A stretch of DNA of 64,000 bases, taken from positions 4,960,001 to 5,024,000 of the forward strand of contig JBLDXI010000024.1 of assembly GCA_047495785.1 (NCBI GenBank), given 5' to 3'. The DNA is from Lepidodermella squamata. Lineage: Eukaryota; Animalia; Gastrotricha. Shown here in pieces: positions 37,618 through 50,128 of this stretch. Under the pieces are notes generated by a model. It made no database searches. It worked only from the letters and a program-made list of their open reading frames with translations, and was not told where the DNA came from. Position 1 is the stretch's first letter. Each line of letters begins with the position of its first letter. Both the position numbers and the translations under genes were made by a program.

Positions 37618-39303
37618 GGGGGCATAGCTCAGTGGTAGAGCGTCTCATTCGCATTGTGAAGGTCTCGGGTTCAATCCCCGATGCCTCCAGTTGGCACTTT
37701 TTTCGCGTAAATGTTGAGAAGTAACAGCCATAATACTGATGATATGAATCGGAAATAAGTCTAAGCATGCGAAAAAAGAGTGTCAGAAGTGGGGTTCGAA
37801 CCCACGCCCTCTTTCGAGGACCAGATCTTGAGTCTGGCGCCTTAGACCGCTCGGCCATCCTGACCGTCTGACTGAATATTCAATTTGATTCAGATGAACC
37901 AGCGCGGGTTCAGCTTCGAGCATGCAATAAACCTCAAATCTTGTATAGGCTATACTTCATGTGACAGGCGCTGTGGCGAAATGGCTATCGCGTCGGACTT
38001 CGGATCCGAAGATTGTGGGTTCGAGTCCCATCAGCGTCGTCCGCTTTTGTACTTTTGTTAGTTTCAGTAGGCTTCTGAAGCCATTTAAACAAATGTTTCG
38101 ACAACTGCTTGCGTAAATTTAATCTGCCTGCAATCTACCACGCATTTCAAGGGCCTTCCTAGCTCAGTCGGTAGAGCATGTGACTTTTAATCACAGGGTC
38201 GGGGGTTCGAGTCCCCCGGAGGGCGCAAGCTTTTTCCTCAGTTGCTCGGTTTAGCTGCATTCGGCTGATTTCACCGCTTCGTCGAATCACTTGCTTTGGC
38301 GTTAACTACGAAGGGGGATTAGCTCAAATGGTAGAGCGCTCGCTTAGCATGCGAGAGGTAACGGGATCGACGCCCGTATCCTCCACAATTTTTTCTGCCT
38401 GTAGAAACGGTTTGTTCGCCGAAATGAGACGTCGTCCCTGAAATTCTAGCTGTCACCTTCGGCTCAGTAGCTTAGTGGTAGAGCGTCTCATTCGCATTGT
38501 GAAGGTCTCGGGTTCAATCCCCGATGCCTCCAGTTGGCACTTTTTTCGCGTAAATGTTGAGAAGTAACAGCCATAATACTGATGATATGAATCGGAAATA
38601 AGTCTAAGCATGCGAAAAAAGAGTGTCAGAAGTGGGGTTCGAACCCACGCCCTCTTTCGAGGACCAGATCTTGAGTCTGGCGCCTTAGACCGCTCGGCCA
38701 TCCTGACCGTCTGACTGAATATTCAATTTGATTCAGATGAACCAGCGCGGGTTCAGCTTCGAGCATGCAATAAACCTCAAATCTTGTATAGGCTATACTT
38801 CATGTGACAGGCGCTGTGGCGAAATGGCTATCGCGTCGGACTTCGGATCCGAAGATTGTGGGTTCGAGTCCCATCAGCGTCGTCCGCTTTTGTACTTTTG
38901 TTAGTTTCAGTAGGCTTCTGAAGCCATTTAAACAAATGTTTCGACAACTGCTTGCGTAAATTTAATCTGCCTGCAATCTACCACGCATTTCAAGGGCCTT
39001 CCTAGCTCAGTCGGTAGAGCATGTGACTTTTAATCACAGGGTCGGGGGTTCGAGTCCCCCGGAGGGCGCAAGCTTTTTCCTCAGTTGCTCGGTTTAGCTG
39101 CATTCGGCTGATTTCACCGCTTCGTCGAATCACTTGCTTTGGCGTTAACTACGAAGGGGGATTAGCTCAAATGGTAGAGCGCTCGCTTAGCATGCGAGAG
39201 GTAACGGGATCGACGCCCGTATCCTCCACAATTTTTTCTGCCTGTAGAAACGGTTTGTTCGCCGAAATGAGACGTCGTCCCTGAAATTCTAGCTGTCACC
39301 TTC
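37618..39303. repeat. 843-bp internal tandem duplication within unit 10
   Basis: Ala-CGC at 37618, chimera at 38461 and intact Thr at 39304 are spaced by exactly 843 bp, the normal Ala-to-Thr distance (139 to 982). Leu-CAA, Arg-TCG, Lys-TTT and Ala-AGC are duplicated. Confidence 0.97.
38461..38532 (+). pseudogene. Chimeric tRNA: 5' Thr(AGT) / 3' Ala(CGC)
   Basis: GGCTCAGTAGCTT (Thr) + shared AGTGGTAGAGCGTCT + CATTCGCATTG...TGCCTCCA (Ala). Acceptor GGCTCAG/TGCCTCC has 4 mismatches. Confidence 0.93.
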
Positions 39304-39926
39304 GGCTCAGTAGCTTAGTGGTAGAGCGTCTGCCTAGTAAGCAGAAGATCGAGGGTTCGATCCCCCCCCCTGAGCCTGGTATTGGGTGAATTTTTTGAAA
39401 ATAAAGCCACAAAACTTTGCCAGTCAGTTTTTATGTTGCAGGCGTGGAAATGATAAAAATGTTGCCTGACCGGGAATCGAACCCGGGCCGCCGCGGTGAA
39501 AGCGCGGAATCCTAACCACTAGACCATCAGGGAGATGATGACAACGAGACCACTGGACGTGGTGTTCATCTGTCATTCAGCGCTTTTCGCAGGTTGTCAA
39601 AGGTAAAAATGCGGCGGGCCCGTTCGGGAATTGAACCCGAGACCTCTCGCACCCGAAGCGAGAATCATACCCCTAGACCAACGGGCCGGTGCTACGCTGC
39701 CGCTAGGAAGGCTCTACCTAAGCGTTCGTAATGACACTTGGGGTTACCAAAAACGTGGGGCACGCCGAGACCCGGGATCGAACCAGGGACCTTTAGATCT
39801 TCAGTCTAACGCTCTCCCAACTGAGCTATCTCGGCTGTTATGTACAGCAGTGGTAAAGTTGATGCTTCGCTAGCTCATTGCAGGCTGTTATAGTTTGATC
39901 TAAAAATTGCGCTCCTGGGTGGGCTC

Positions 39927-39966
<40 letters not shown>

Positions 39967-42900
39967 AATTGCGCCACAGAAGCTCACGGCAGGCAGAACT
40001 AGCAGGAGGCTAAGGCCTAACAACGATTGGCCAAGGTCTGCGAACTTGGGTCCAGTTCGATGTGCAGTCATTAGAGTAGCGGACGCGATTTTATCCTTTA
40101 CGGCTTTTGCAGCCGACAAGCTTTTGTGATACACCAGCTTAACATTACCTCACCCCTCACGCGACCCGCGATAGCTCAGCTGGTAGAGCGGAGGACTGTA
40201 GATGCAACGCAGCTATCCTTAGGTCGGTGGTTCAAGTCCGCCTCGCGGGATCGATGACTTTTTTACAGCTGATGAGCCCGCAGAATCGGTTATTTTCGAG
40301 CCTCGAAGAAGCTTTGCCATCTTGCATCAGGCCCGTTGGTCTAGGGGTATGATTCTCGCTTTGGGTGCGAGAGGTCTCGGGTTCAAATCCCGGACGGGCC
40401 CAAGCTTTTTGATATAATAGCCGAAGCGGCGGCATTACAAAAGGTGCATGCAATAAATAGCCTTCAGCAAGTAATGCTATCATAGCGGCATCGGTGGTTC
40501 AGTGGTAGAATTCTCGCCTGCCACGCGGGAGGCCCGGGTTCGATTCCCGGCCGATGCAAGCGACCCTGTTTTTGCATGAAAGCTTTGAGCAGCACCCGGC
40601 GAACAATGAAGCGCGGAAATTCAAAAGCAATGCCAACAGACTCCATGTCACCAAAATCCTTGGTAGTATAGTGGTTAGTATCCCCGCCTGTCACGCGGGA
40701 GACCAGGGTTCGATTCCCTGCCAAGGAGTCAGCTTTTTACATGCGGATTTGTGGATTTCAAGCAAATTTATTCAGTAATAACGTGCAAAAATGTTGATTG
40801 CCGCCCGATGTGGGGCTCGAACCCACGACCCTGGGATTAAGAGTCCCATGCTCTACCGACTGAGCTAACCGGGCTTAGCCGACATAGCTGATGACTAGGG
40901 CAGGTTCAAAGACCCAAATCAGGCATGCGACACGAGTCAGAGACAGAGAGTGTGTAAAAACATTCGAGGCTGCCAGGAGTCGAACCTGGAATCTTCTGAT
41001 CCGTAGTCAGACGCGTTGTCCATTGCGCCACAACCCCATCGTGTTGATTTAGCATCATATCGTTGATGATGCGTACAGCGTTGTAGCACAGGAAAAAGCA
41101 TAAAATGTATGTCAGAAGTGGGATTCGAACCCACGCCAGTAGAAACTGACTGCGACCTGAACGCAGCGCCTTGGACCGCTCGGCCATCCTGACGGGATGG
41201 TGGTATAGATTGATATCCCGCAGACGGCATTTCGCAAAGCCAGTAGAGCGTCGCCACAAAGTACTTAGTTTAATTACCTGTTGCCAATATAAAACTTAAA
41301 CTAGCCAGCAATGTCGATCAGGGTGTATCGTTGTTGAAACTGCTGAATGAGCACTCAAGTCGCTATGCCCGAGTGGTTAAGGGGTCTGACTAGAAATCAG
41401 ATGCGGTCTCCGCGCGTAGGTTCAAATCCTACTGGCGACGACAGTTATTTTTGCAATATAACGACTGAAAGTCAGTTCTGCAATTAGTCTCCATAATATA
41501 CAGTCCTCGCATTCATCAGGCGTCAGTGGTGTAACGGTCAGCATGGTTGCCTTCCAAGCAGCCGATCCGGGTTCGACTCCCGGCTGACGCACACGTTTTT
41601 AGCTCACACGTTTGAGAGCAGCAAACGCATTGCTAGTGACGAGATGAAAGCTTTCCTTTCCAAAAGCAGCGTTCGAGAGGTCCCATGGTGTAGCGGTTAG
41701 CACTCTGGACTCTGAATCCAGCGACTCGAGTTCGATTCTCGATGGGACCTTGATCAGTTTTTTCAAACAAACATAGCTGGAACTCAACAGCTGGAAACTT
41801 GGGATCATAATATTTGTTACCATTCAAACCTTTTCTTTCACTAGCCTAGGGGGCATAGCTCAGTGGTAGAGCGTCTCATTCGCATTGTGAAGGTCTCGGG
41901 TTCAATCCCCGATGCCTCCAGTTGGCACTTTTTTCGCGTAAATGTTGAGAAGTAACAGCCATAATACTGATGATATGAATCGGAAATAAGTCTAAGCATG
42001 CGAAAAAAGAGTGTCAGAAGTGGGGTTCGAACCCACGCCCTCTTTCGAGGACCAGATCTTGAGTCTGGCGCCTTAGACCGCTCGGCCATCCTGACCGTCT
42101 GACTGAATATTCAATTTGATTCAGATGAACCAGCGCGGGTTCAGCTTCGAGCATGCAATAAACCTCAAATCTTGTATAGGCTATACTTCATGTGACAGGC
42201 GCTGTGGCGAAATGGCTATCGCGTCGGACTTCGGATCCGAAGATTGTGGGTTCGAGTCCCATCAGCGTCGTCCGCTTTTGTACTTTTGTTAGTTTCAGTA
42301 GGCTTCTGAAGCCATTTAAACAAATGTTTCGACAACTGCTTGCGTAAATTTAATCTGCCTGCAATCTACCACGCATTTCAAGGGCCTTCCTAGCTCAGTC
42401 GGTAGAGCATGTGACTTTTAATCACAGGGTCGGGGGTTCGAGTCCCCCGGAGGGCGCAAGCTTTTTCCTCAGTTGCTCGGTTTAGCTGCATTCGGCTGAT
42501 TTCACCGCTTCGTCGAATCACTTGCTTTGGCGTTAACTACGAAGGGGGATTAGCTCAAATGGTAGAGCGCTCGCTTAGCATGCGAGAGGTAACGGGATCG
42601 ACGCCCGTATCCTCCACAATTTTTTCTGCCTGTAGAAACGGTTTGTTCGCCGAAATGAGACGTCGTCCCTGAAATTCTAGCTGTCACCTTCGGCTCAGTA
42701 GCTTAGTGGTAGAGCGTCTGCCTAGTAAGCAGAAGATCGAGGGTTCGATCCCCCCCCCTGAGCCTGGTATTGGGTGAATTTTTTGAAAATAAAGCCACAA
42801 AACTTTGCCAGTCAGTTTTTATGTTGCAGGCGTGGAAATGATAAAAATGTTGCCTGACCGGGAATCGAACCCGGGCCGCCGCGGTGAAAGCGCGGAATCC

Positions 42901-43314
42901 TAACCACTAGACCATCAGGGAGATGATGACAACGAGACCACTGGACGTGGTGTTCATCTGTCATTCAGCGCTTTTCGCAGGTTGTCAAAGGTAAAAATGC
43001 GGCGGGCCCGTTCGGGAATTGAACCCGAGACCTCTCGCACCCGAAGCGAGAATCATACCCCTAGACCAACGGGCCGGTGCTACGCTGCCGCTAGGAAGGC
43101 TCTACCTAAGCGTTCGTAATGACACTTGGGGTTACCAAAAACGTGGGGCACGCCGAGACCCGGGATCGAACCAGGGACCTTTAGATCTTCAGTCTAACGC
43201 TCTCCCAACTGAGCTATCTCGGCTGTTATGTACAGCAGTGGTAAAGTTGATGCTTCGCTAGCTCATTGCAGGCTGTTATAGTTTGATCTAAAAATTGCGC
43301 TCCTGGGTGGGCTC

Positions 43315-43354
<40 letters not shown>

Positions 43355-46300
43355 AATTGCGCCACAGAAGCTCACGGCAGGCAGAACTAGCAGGAGGCTA
43401 AGGCCTAACAACGATTGGCCAAGGTCTGCGAACTTGGGTCCAGTTCGATGTGCAGTCATTAGAGTAGCGGACGCGATTTTATCCTTTACGGCTTTTGCAG
43501 CCGACAAGCTTTTGTGATACACCAGCTTAACATTACCTCACCCCTCACGCGACCCGCGATAGCTCAGCTGGTAGAGCGGAGGACTGTAGATGCAACGCAG
43601 CTATCCTTAGGTCGGTGGTTCAAGTCCGCCTCGCGGGATCGATGACTTTTTTACAGCTGATGAGCCCGCAGAATCGGTTATTTTCGAGCCTCGAAGAAGC
43701 TTTGCCATCTTGCATCAGGCCCGTTGGTCTAGGGGTATGATTCTCGCTTTGGGTGCGAGAGGTCTCGGGTTCAAATCCCGGACGGGCCCAAGCTTTTTGA
43801 TATAATAGCCGAAGCGGCGGCATTACAAAAGGTGCATGCAATAAATAGCCTTCAGCAAGTAATGCTATCATAGCGGCATCGGTGGTTCAGTGGTAGAATT
43901 CTCGCCTGCCACGCGGGAGGCCCGGGTTCGATTCCCGGCCGATGCAAGCGACCCTGTTTTTGCATGAAAGCTTTGAGCAGCACCCGGCGAACAATGAAGC
44001 GCGGAAATTCAAAAGCAATGCCAACAGACTCCATGTCACCAAAATCCTTGGTAGTATAGTGGTTAGTATCCCCGCCTGTCACGCGGGAGACCAGGGTTCG
44101 ATTCCCTGCCAAGGAGTCAGCTTTTTACATGCGGATTTGTGGATTTCAAGCAAATTTATTCAGTAATAACGTGCAAAAATGTTGATTGCCGCCCGATGTG
44201 GGGCTCGAACCCACGACCCTGGGATTAAGAGTCCCATGCTCTACCGACTGAGCTAACCGGGCTTAGCCGACATAGCTGATGACTAGGGCAGGTTCAAAGA
44301 CCCAAATCAGGCATGCGACACGAGTCAGAGACAGAGAGTGTGTAAAAACATTCGAGGCTGCCAGGAGTCGAACCTGGAATCTTCTGATCCGTAGTCAGAC
44401 GCGTTGTCCATTGCGCCACAACCCCATCGTGTTGATTTAGCATCATATCGTTGATGATGCGTACAGCGTTGTAGCACAGGAAAAAGCATAAAATGTATGT
44501 CAGAAGTGGGATTCGAACCCACGCCAGTAGAAACTGACTGCGACCTGAACGCAGCGCCTTGGACCGCTCGGCCATCCTGACGGGATGGTGGTATAGATTG
44601 ATATCCCGCAGACGGCATTTCGCAAAGCCAGTAGAGCGTCGCCACAAAGTACTTAGTTTAATTACCTGTTGCCAATATAAAACTTAAACTAGCCAGCAAT
44701 GTCGATCAGGGTGTATCGTTGTTGAAACTGCTGAATGAGCACTCAAGTCGCTATGCCCGAGTGGTTAAGGGGTCTGACTAGAAATCAGATGCGGTCTCCG
44801 CGCGTAGGTTCAAATCCTACTGGCGACGACAGTTATTTTTGCAATATAACGACTGAAAGTCAGTTCTGCAATTAGTCTCCATAATATACAGTCCTCGCAT
44901 TCATCAGGCGTCAGTGGTGTAACGGTCAGCATGGTTGCCTTCCAAGCAGCCGATCCGGGTTCGACTCCCGGCTGACGCACACGTTTTTAGCTCACACGTT
45001 TGAGAGCAGCAAACGCATTGCTAGTGACGAGATGAAAGCTTTCCTTTCCAAAAGCAGCGTTCGAGAGGTCCCATGGTGTAGCGGTTAGCACTCTGGACTC
45101 TGAATCCAGCGACTCGAGTTCGATTCTCGATGGGACCTTGATCAGTTTTTTCAAACAAACATAGCTGGAACTCAACAGCTGGAAACTTGCGATCATAATA
45201 TTTGTTACCATTCAAACCTTTTCTTTCACTAGCCTAGGGGGCATAGCTCAGTGGTAGAGCGTCTCATTCGCATTGTGAAGGTCTCGGGTTCAATCCCCGA
45301 TGCCTCCAGTTGGCACTTTTTTCGCGTAAATGTTGAGAAGTAACAGCCATAATACTGATGATATGAATCGGAAATAAGTCTAAGCATGCGAAAAAAGAGT
45401 GTCAGAAGTGGGGTTCGAACCCACGCCCTCTTTCGAGGACCAGATCTTGAGTCTGGCGCCTTAGACCGCTCGGCCATCCTGACCGTCTGACTGAATATTC
45501 AATTTGATTCAGATGAACCAGCGCGGGTTCAGCTTCGAGCATGCAATAAACCTCAAATCTTGTATAGGCTATACTTCATGTGACAGGCGCTGTGGCGAAA
45601 TGGCTATCGCGTCGGACTTCGGATCCGAAGATTGTGGGTTCGAGTCCCATCAGCGTCGTCCGCTTTTGTACTTTTGTTAGTTTCAGTAGGCTTCTGAAGC
45701 CATTTAAACAAATGTTTCGACAACTGCTTGCGTAAATTTAATCTGCCTGCAATCTACCACGCATTTCAAGGGCCTTCCTAGCTCAGTCGGTAGAGCATGT
45801 GACTTTTAATCACAGGGTCGGGGGTTCGAGTCCCCCGGAGGGCGCAAGCTTTTTCCTCAGTTGCTCGGTTTAGCTGCATTCGGCTGATTTCACCGCTTCG
45901 TCGAATCACTTGCTTTGGCGTTAACTACGAAGGGGGATTAGCTCAAATGGTAGAGCGCTCGCTTAGCATGCGAGAGGTAACGGGATCGACGCCCGTATCC
46001 TCCACAATTTTTTCTGCCTGTAGAAACGGTTTGTTCGCCGAAATGAGACGTCGTCCCTGAAATTCTAGCTGTCACCTTCGGCTCAGTAGCTTAGTGGTAG
46101 AGCGTCTGCCTAGTAAGCAGAAGATCGAGGGTTCGATCCCCCCCCCTGAGCCTGGTATTGGGTGAATTTTTTGAAAATAAAGCCACAAAACTTTGCCAGT
46201 CAGTTTTTATGTTGCAGGCGTGGAAATGATAAAAATGTTGCCTGACCGGGAATCGAACCCGGGCCGCCGCGGTGAAAGCGCGGAATCCTAACCACTAGAC

Positions 46301-46702
46301 CATCAGGGAGATGATGACAACGAGACCACTGGACGTGGTGTTCATCTGTCATTCAGCGCTTTTCGCAGGTTGTCAAAGGTAAAAATGCGGCGGGCCCGTT
46401 CGGGAATTGAACCCGAGACCTCTCGCACCCGAAGCGAGAATCATACCCCTAGACCAACGGGCCGGTGCTACGCTGCCGCTAGGAAGGCTCTACCTAAGCG
46501 TTCGTAATGACACTTGGGGTTACCAAAAACGTGGGGCACGCCGAGACCCGGGATCGAACCAGGGACCTTTAGATCTTCAGTCTAACGCTCTCCCAACTGA
46601 GCTATCTCGGCTGTTATGTACAGCAGTGGTAAAGTTGATGCTTCGCTAGCTCATTGCAGGCTGTTATAGTTTGATCTAAAAATTGCGCTCCTGGGTGGGC
46701 TC

Positions 46703-46742
<40 letters not shown>

Positions 46743-49700
46743 AATTGCGCCACAGAAGCTCACGGCAGGCAGAACTAGCAGGAGGCTAAGGCCTAACAAC
46801 GATTGGCCAAGGTCTGCGAACTTGGGTCCAGTTCGATGTGCAGTCATTAGAGTAGCGGACGCGATTTTATCCTTTACGGCTTTTGCAGCCGACAAGCTTT
46901 TGTGATACACCAGCTTAACATTACCTCACCCCTCACGCGACCCGCGATAGCTCAGCTGGTAGAGCGGAGGACTGTAGATGCAACGCAGCTATCCTTAGGT
47001 CGGTGGTTCAAGTCCGCCTCGCGGGATCGATGACTTTTTTACAGCTGATGAGCCCGCAGAATCGGTTATTTTCGAGCCTCGAAGAAGCTTTGCCATCTTG
47101 CATCAGGCCCGTTGGTCTAGGGGTATGATTCTCGCTTTGGGTGCGAGAGGTCTCGGGTTCAAATCCCGGACGGGCCCAAGCTTTTTGATATAATAGCCGA
47201 AGCGGCGGCATTACAAAAGGTGCATGCAATAAATAGCCTTCAGCAAGTAATGCTATCATAGCGGCATCGGTGGTTCAGTGGTAGAATTCTCGCCTGCCAC
47301 GCGGGAGGCCCGGGTTCGATTCCCGGCCGATGCAAGCGACCCTGTTTTTGCATGAAAGCTTTGAGCAGCACCCGGCGAACAATGAAGCGCGGAAATTCAA
47401 AAGCAATGCCAACAGACTCCATGTCACCAAAATCCTTGGTAGTATAGTGGTTAGTATCCCCGCCTGTCACGCGGGAGACCAGGGTTCGATTCCCTGCCAA
47501 GGAGTCAGCTTTTTACATGCGGATTTGTGGATTTCAAGCAAATTTATTCAGTAATAACGTGCAAAAATGTTGATTGCCGCCCGATGTGGGGCTCGAACCC
47601 ACGACCCTGGGATTAAGAGTCCCATGCTCTACCGACTGAGCTAACCGGGCTTAGCCGACATAGCTGATGACTAGGGCAGGTTCAAAGACCCAAATCAGGC
47701 ATGCGACACGAGTCAGAGACAGAGAGTGTGTAAAAACATTCGAGGCTGCCAGGAGTCGAACCTGGAATCTTCTGATCCGTAGTCAGACGCGTTGTCCATT
47801 GCGCCACAACCCCATCGTGTTGATTTAGCATCATATCGTTGATGATACGTACAGCGTTGTAGCACAGGAAAAAGCATAAAATGTATGTCAGAAGTGGGAT
47901 TCGAACCCACGCCAGTAGAAACTGACTGCGACCTGAACGCAGCGCCTTGGACCGCTCGGCCATCCTGACGGGATGGTGGTATAGATTGATATCCCGCAGA
48001 CGGCATTTCGCAAAGCCAGTAGAGCGTCGCCACAAAGTACTTAGTTTAATTACCTGTTGCCAATATAAAACTTAAACTAGCCAGCAATGTCGATCAGGGT
48101 GTATCGTTGTTGAAACTGCTGAATGAGCACTCAAGTCGCTATGCCCGAGTGGTTAAGGGGTCTGACTAGAAATCAGATGCGGTCTCCGCGCGTAGGTTCA
48201 AATCCTACTGGCGACGACAGTTATTTTTGCAATATAACGACTGAAAGTCAGTTCTGCAATTAGTCTCCATAATATACAGTCCTCGCATTCATCAGGCGTC
48301 AGTGGTGTAACGGTCAGCATGGTTGCCTTCCAAGCAGCCGATCCGGGTTCGACTCCCGGCTGACGCACACGTTTTTAGCTCACACGTTTGAGAGCAGCAA
48401 ACGCATTGCTAGTGACGAGATGAAAGCTTTCCTTTCCAAAAGCAGCGTTCGAGAGGTCCCATGGTGTAGCGGTTAGCACTCTGGACTCTGAATCCAGCGA
48501 CTCGAGTTCGATTCTCGATGGGACCTTGATCAGTTTTTTCAAACAAACATAGCTGGAACTCAACAGCTGGAAACTTGGGATCATAATATTTGTTACCATT
48601 CAAACCTTTTCTTTCACTAGCCTAGGGGGCATAGCTCAGTGGTAGAGCGTCTCATTCGCATTGTGAAGGTCTCGGGTTCAATCCCCGATGCCTCCAGTTG
48701 GCACTTTTTTCGCGTAAATGTTGAGAAGTAACAGCCATAATACTGATGATATGAATCGGAAATAAGTCTAAGCATGCGAAAAAAGAGTGTCAGAAGTGGG
48801 GTTCGAACCCACGCCCTCTTTCGAGGACCAGATCTTGAGTCTGGCGCCTTAGACCGCTCGGCCATCCTGACCGTCTGACTGAATATTCAATTTGATTCAG
48901 ATGAACCAGCGCGGGTTCAGCTTCGAGCATGCAATAAACCTCAAATCTTGTATAGGCTATACTTCATGTGACAGGCGCTGTGGCGAAATGGCTATCGCGT
49001 CGGACTTCGGATCCGAAGATTGTGGGTTCGAGTCCCATCAGCGTCGTCCGCTTTTGTACTTTTGTTAGTTTCAGTAGGCTTCTGAAGCCATTTAAACAAA
49101 TGTTTCGACAACTGCTTGCGTAAATTTAATCTGCCTGCAATCTACCACGCATTTCAAGGGCCTTCCTAGCTCAGTCGGTAGAGCATGTGACTTTTAATCA
49201 CAGGGTCGGGGGTTCGAGTCCCCCGGAGGGCGCAAGCTTTTTCCTCAGTTGCTCGGTTTAGCTGCATTCGGCTGATTTCACCGCTTCGTCGAATCACTTT
49301 CTTTGGCGTTAACTACGAAGGGGGATTAGCTCAAATGGTAGAGCGCTCGCTTAGCATGCGAGAGGTAACGGGATCGACGCCCGTATCCTCCACAATTTTT
49401 TCTGCCTGTAGAAACGGTTTGTTCGCCGAAATGAGACGTCGTCCCTGAAATTCTAGCTGTCACCTTCGGCTCAGTAGCTTAGTGGTAGAGCGTCTGCCTA
49501 GTAAGCAGAAGATCGAGGGTTCGATCCCCCCCTGAGCCTGGTATTGGGTGAATTTTTTGAAAATAAAGCCACAAAACTTTGCCAGTCAGTTTTTATGTTG
49601 CAGGCGTGGAAATGATAAAAATGTTCCCTGACCGGGAATCGAACCCGGGCCGCCGCGGTGAAAGCGCGGAATCCTAACCACTAGACCATCAGGGAGATGA

Positions 49701-50088
49701 TGACAACGAGACCACTGGACGTGGTGTTCATCTGTCATTCAGCGCTTTTCGCAGGTTGTCAAAGGTAAAAATGCGGCGGGCCCGTTCGGGAATTGAACCC
49801 GAGACCTCTCGCACCCGAAGCGAGAATCATACCCCTAGACCAACGGGCCGGTGCTACGCTGCCGCTAGGAAGGCTCTACCTAAGCGTTCGTAATGACACT
49901 TGGGGTTACCAAAAACGTGGGGCACGCCGAGACCCGGGATCGAACCAGGGACCTTTAGATCTTCAGTCTAACGCTCTCCCAACTGAGCTATCTCGGCTGT
50001 TATGTACAGCAGTGGTAAAGTTGATGCTTCGCTAGCTCATTGCAGGCTGTTATAGTTTGATCTAAAAATTGCGCTCCTGGGTGGGCTC

Positions 50089-50128
<40 letters not shown>

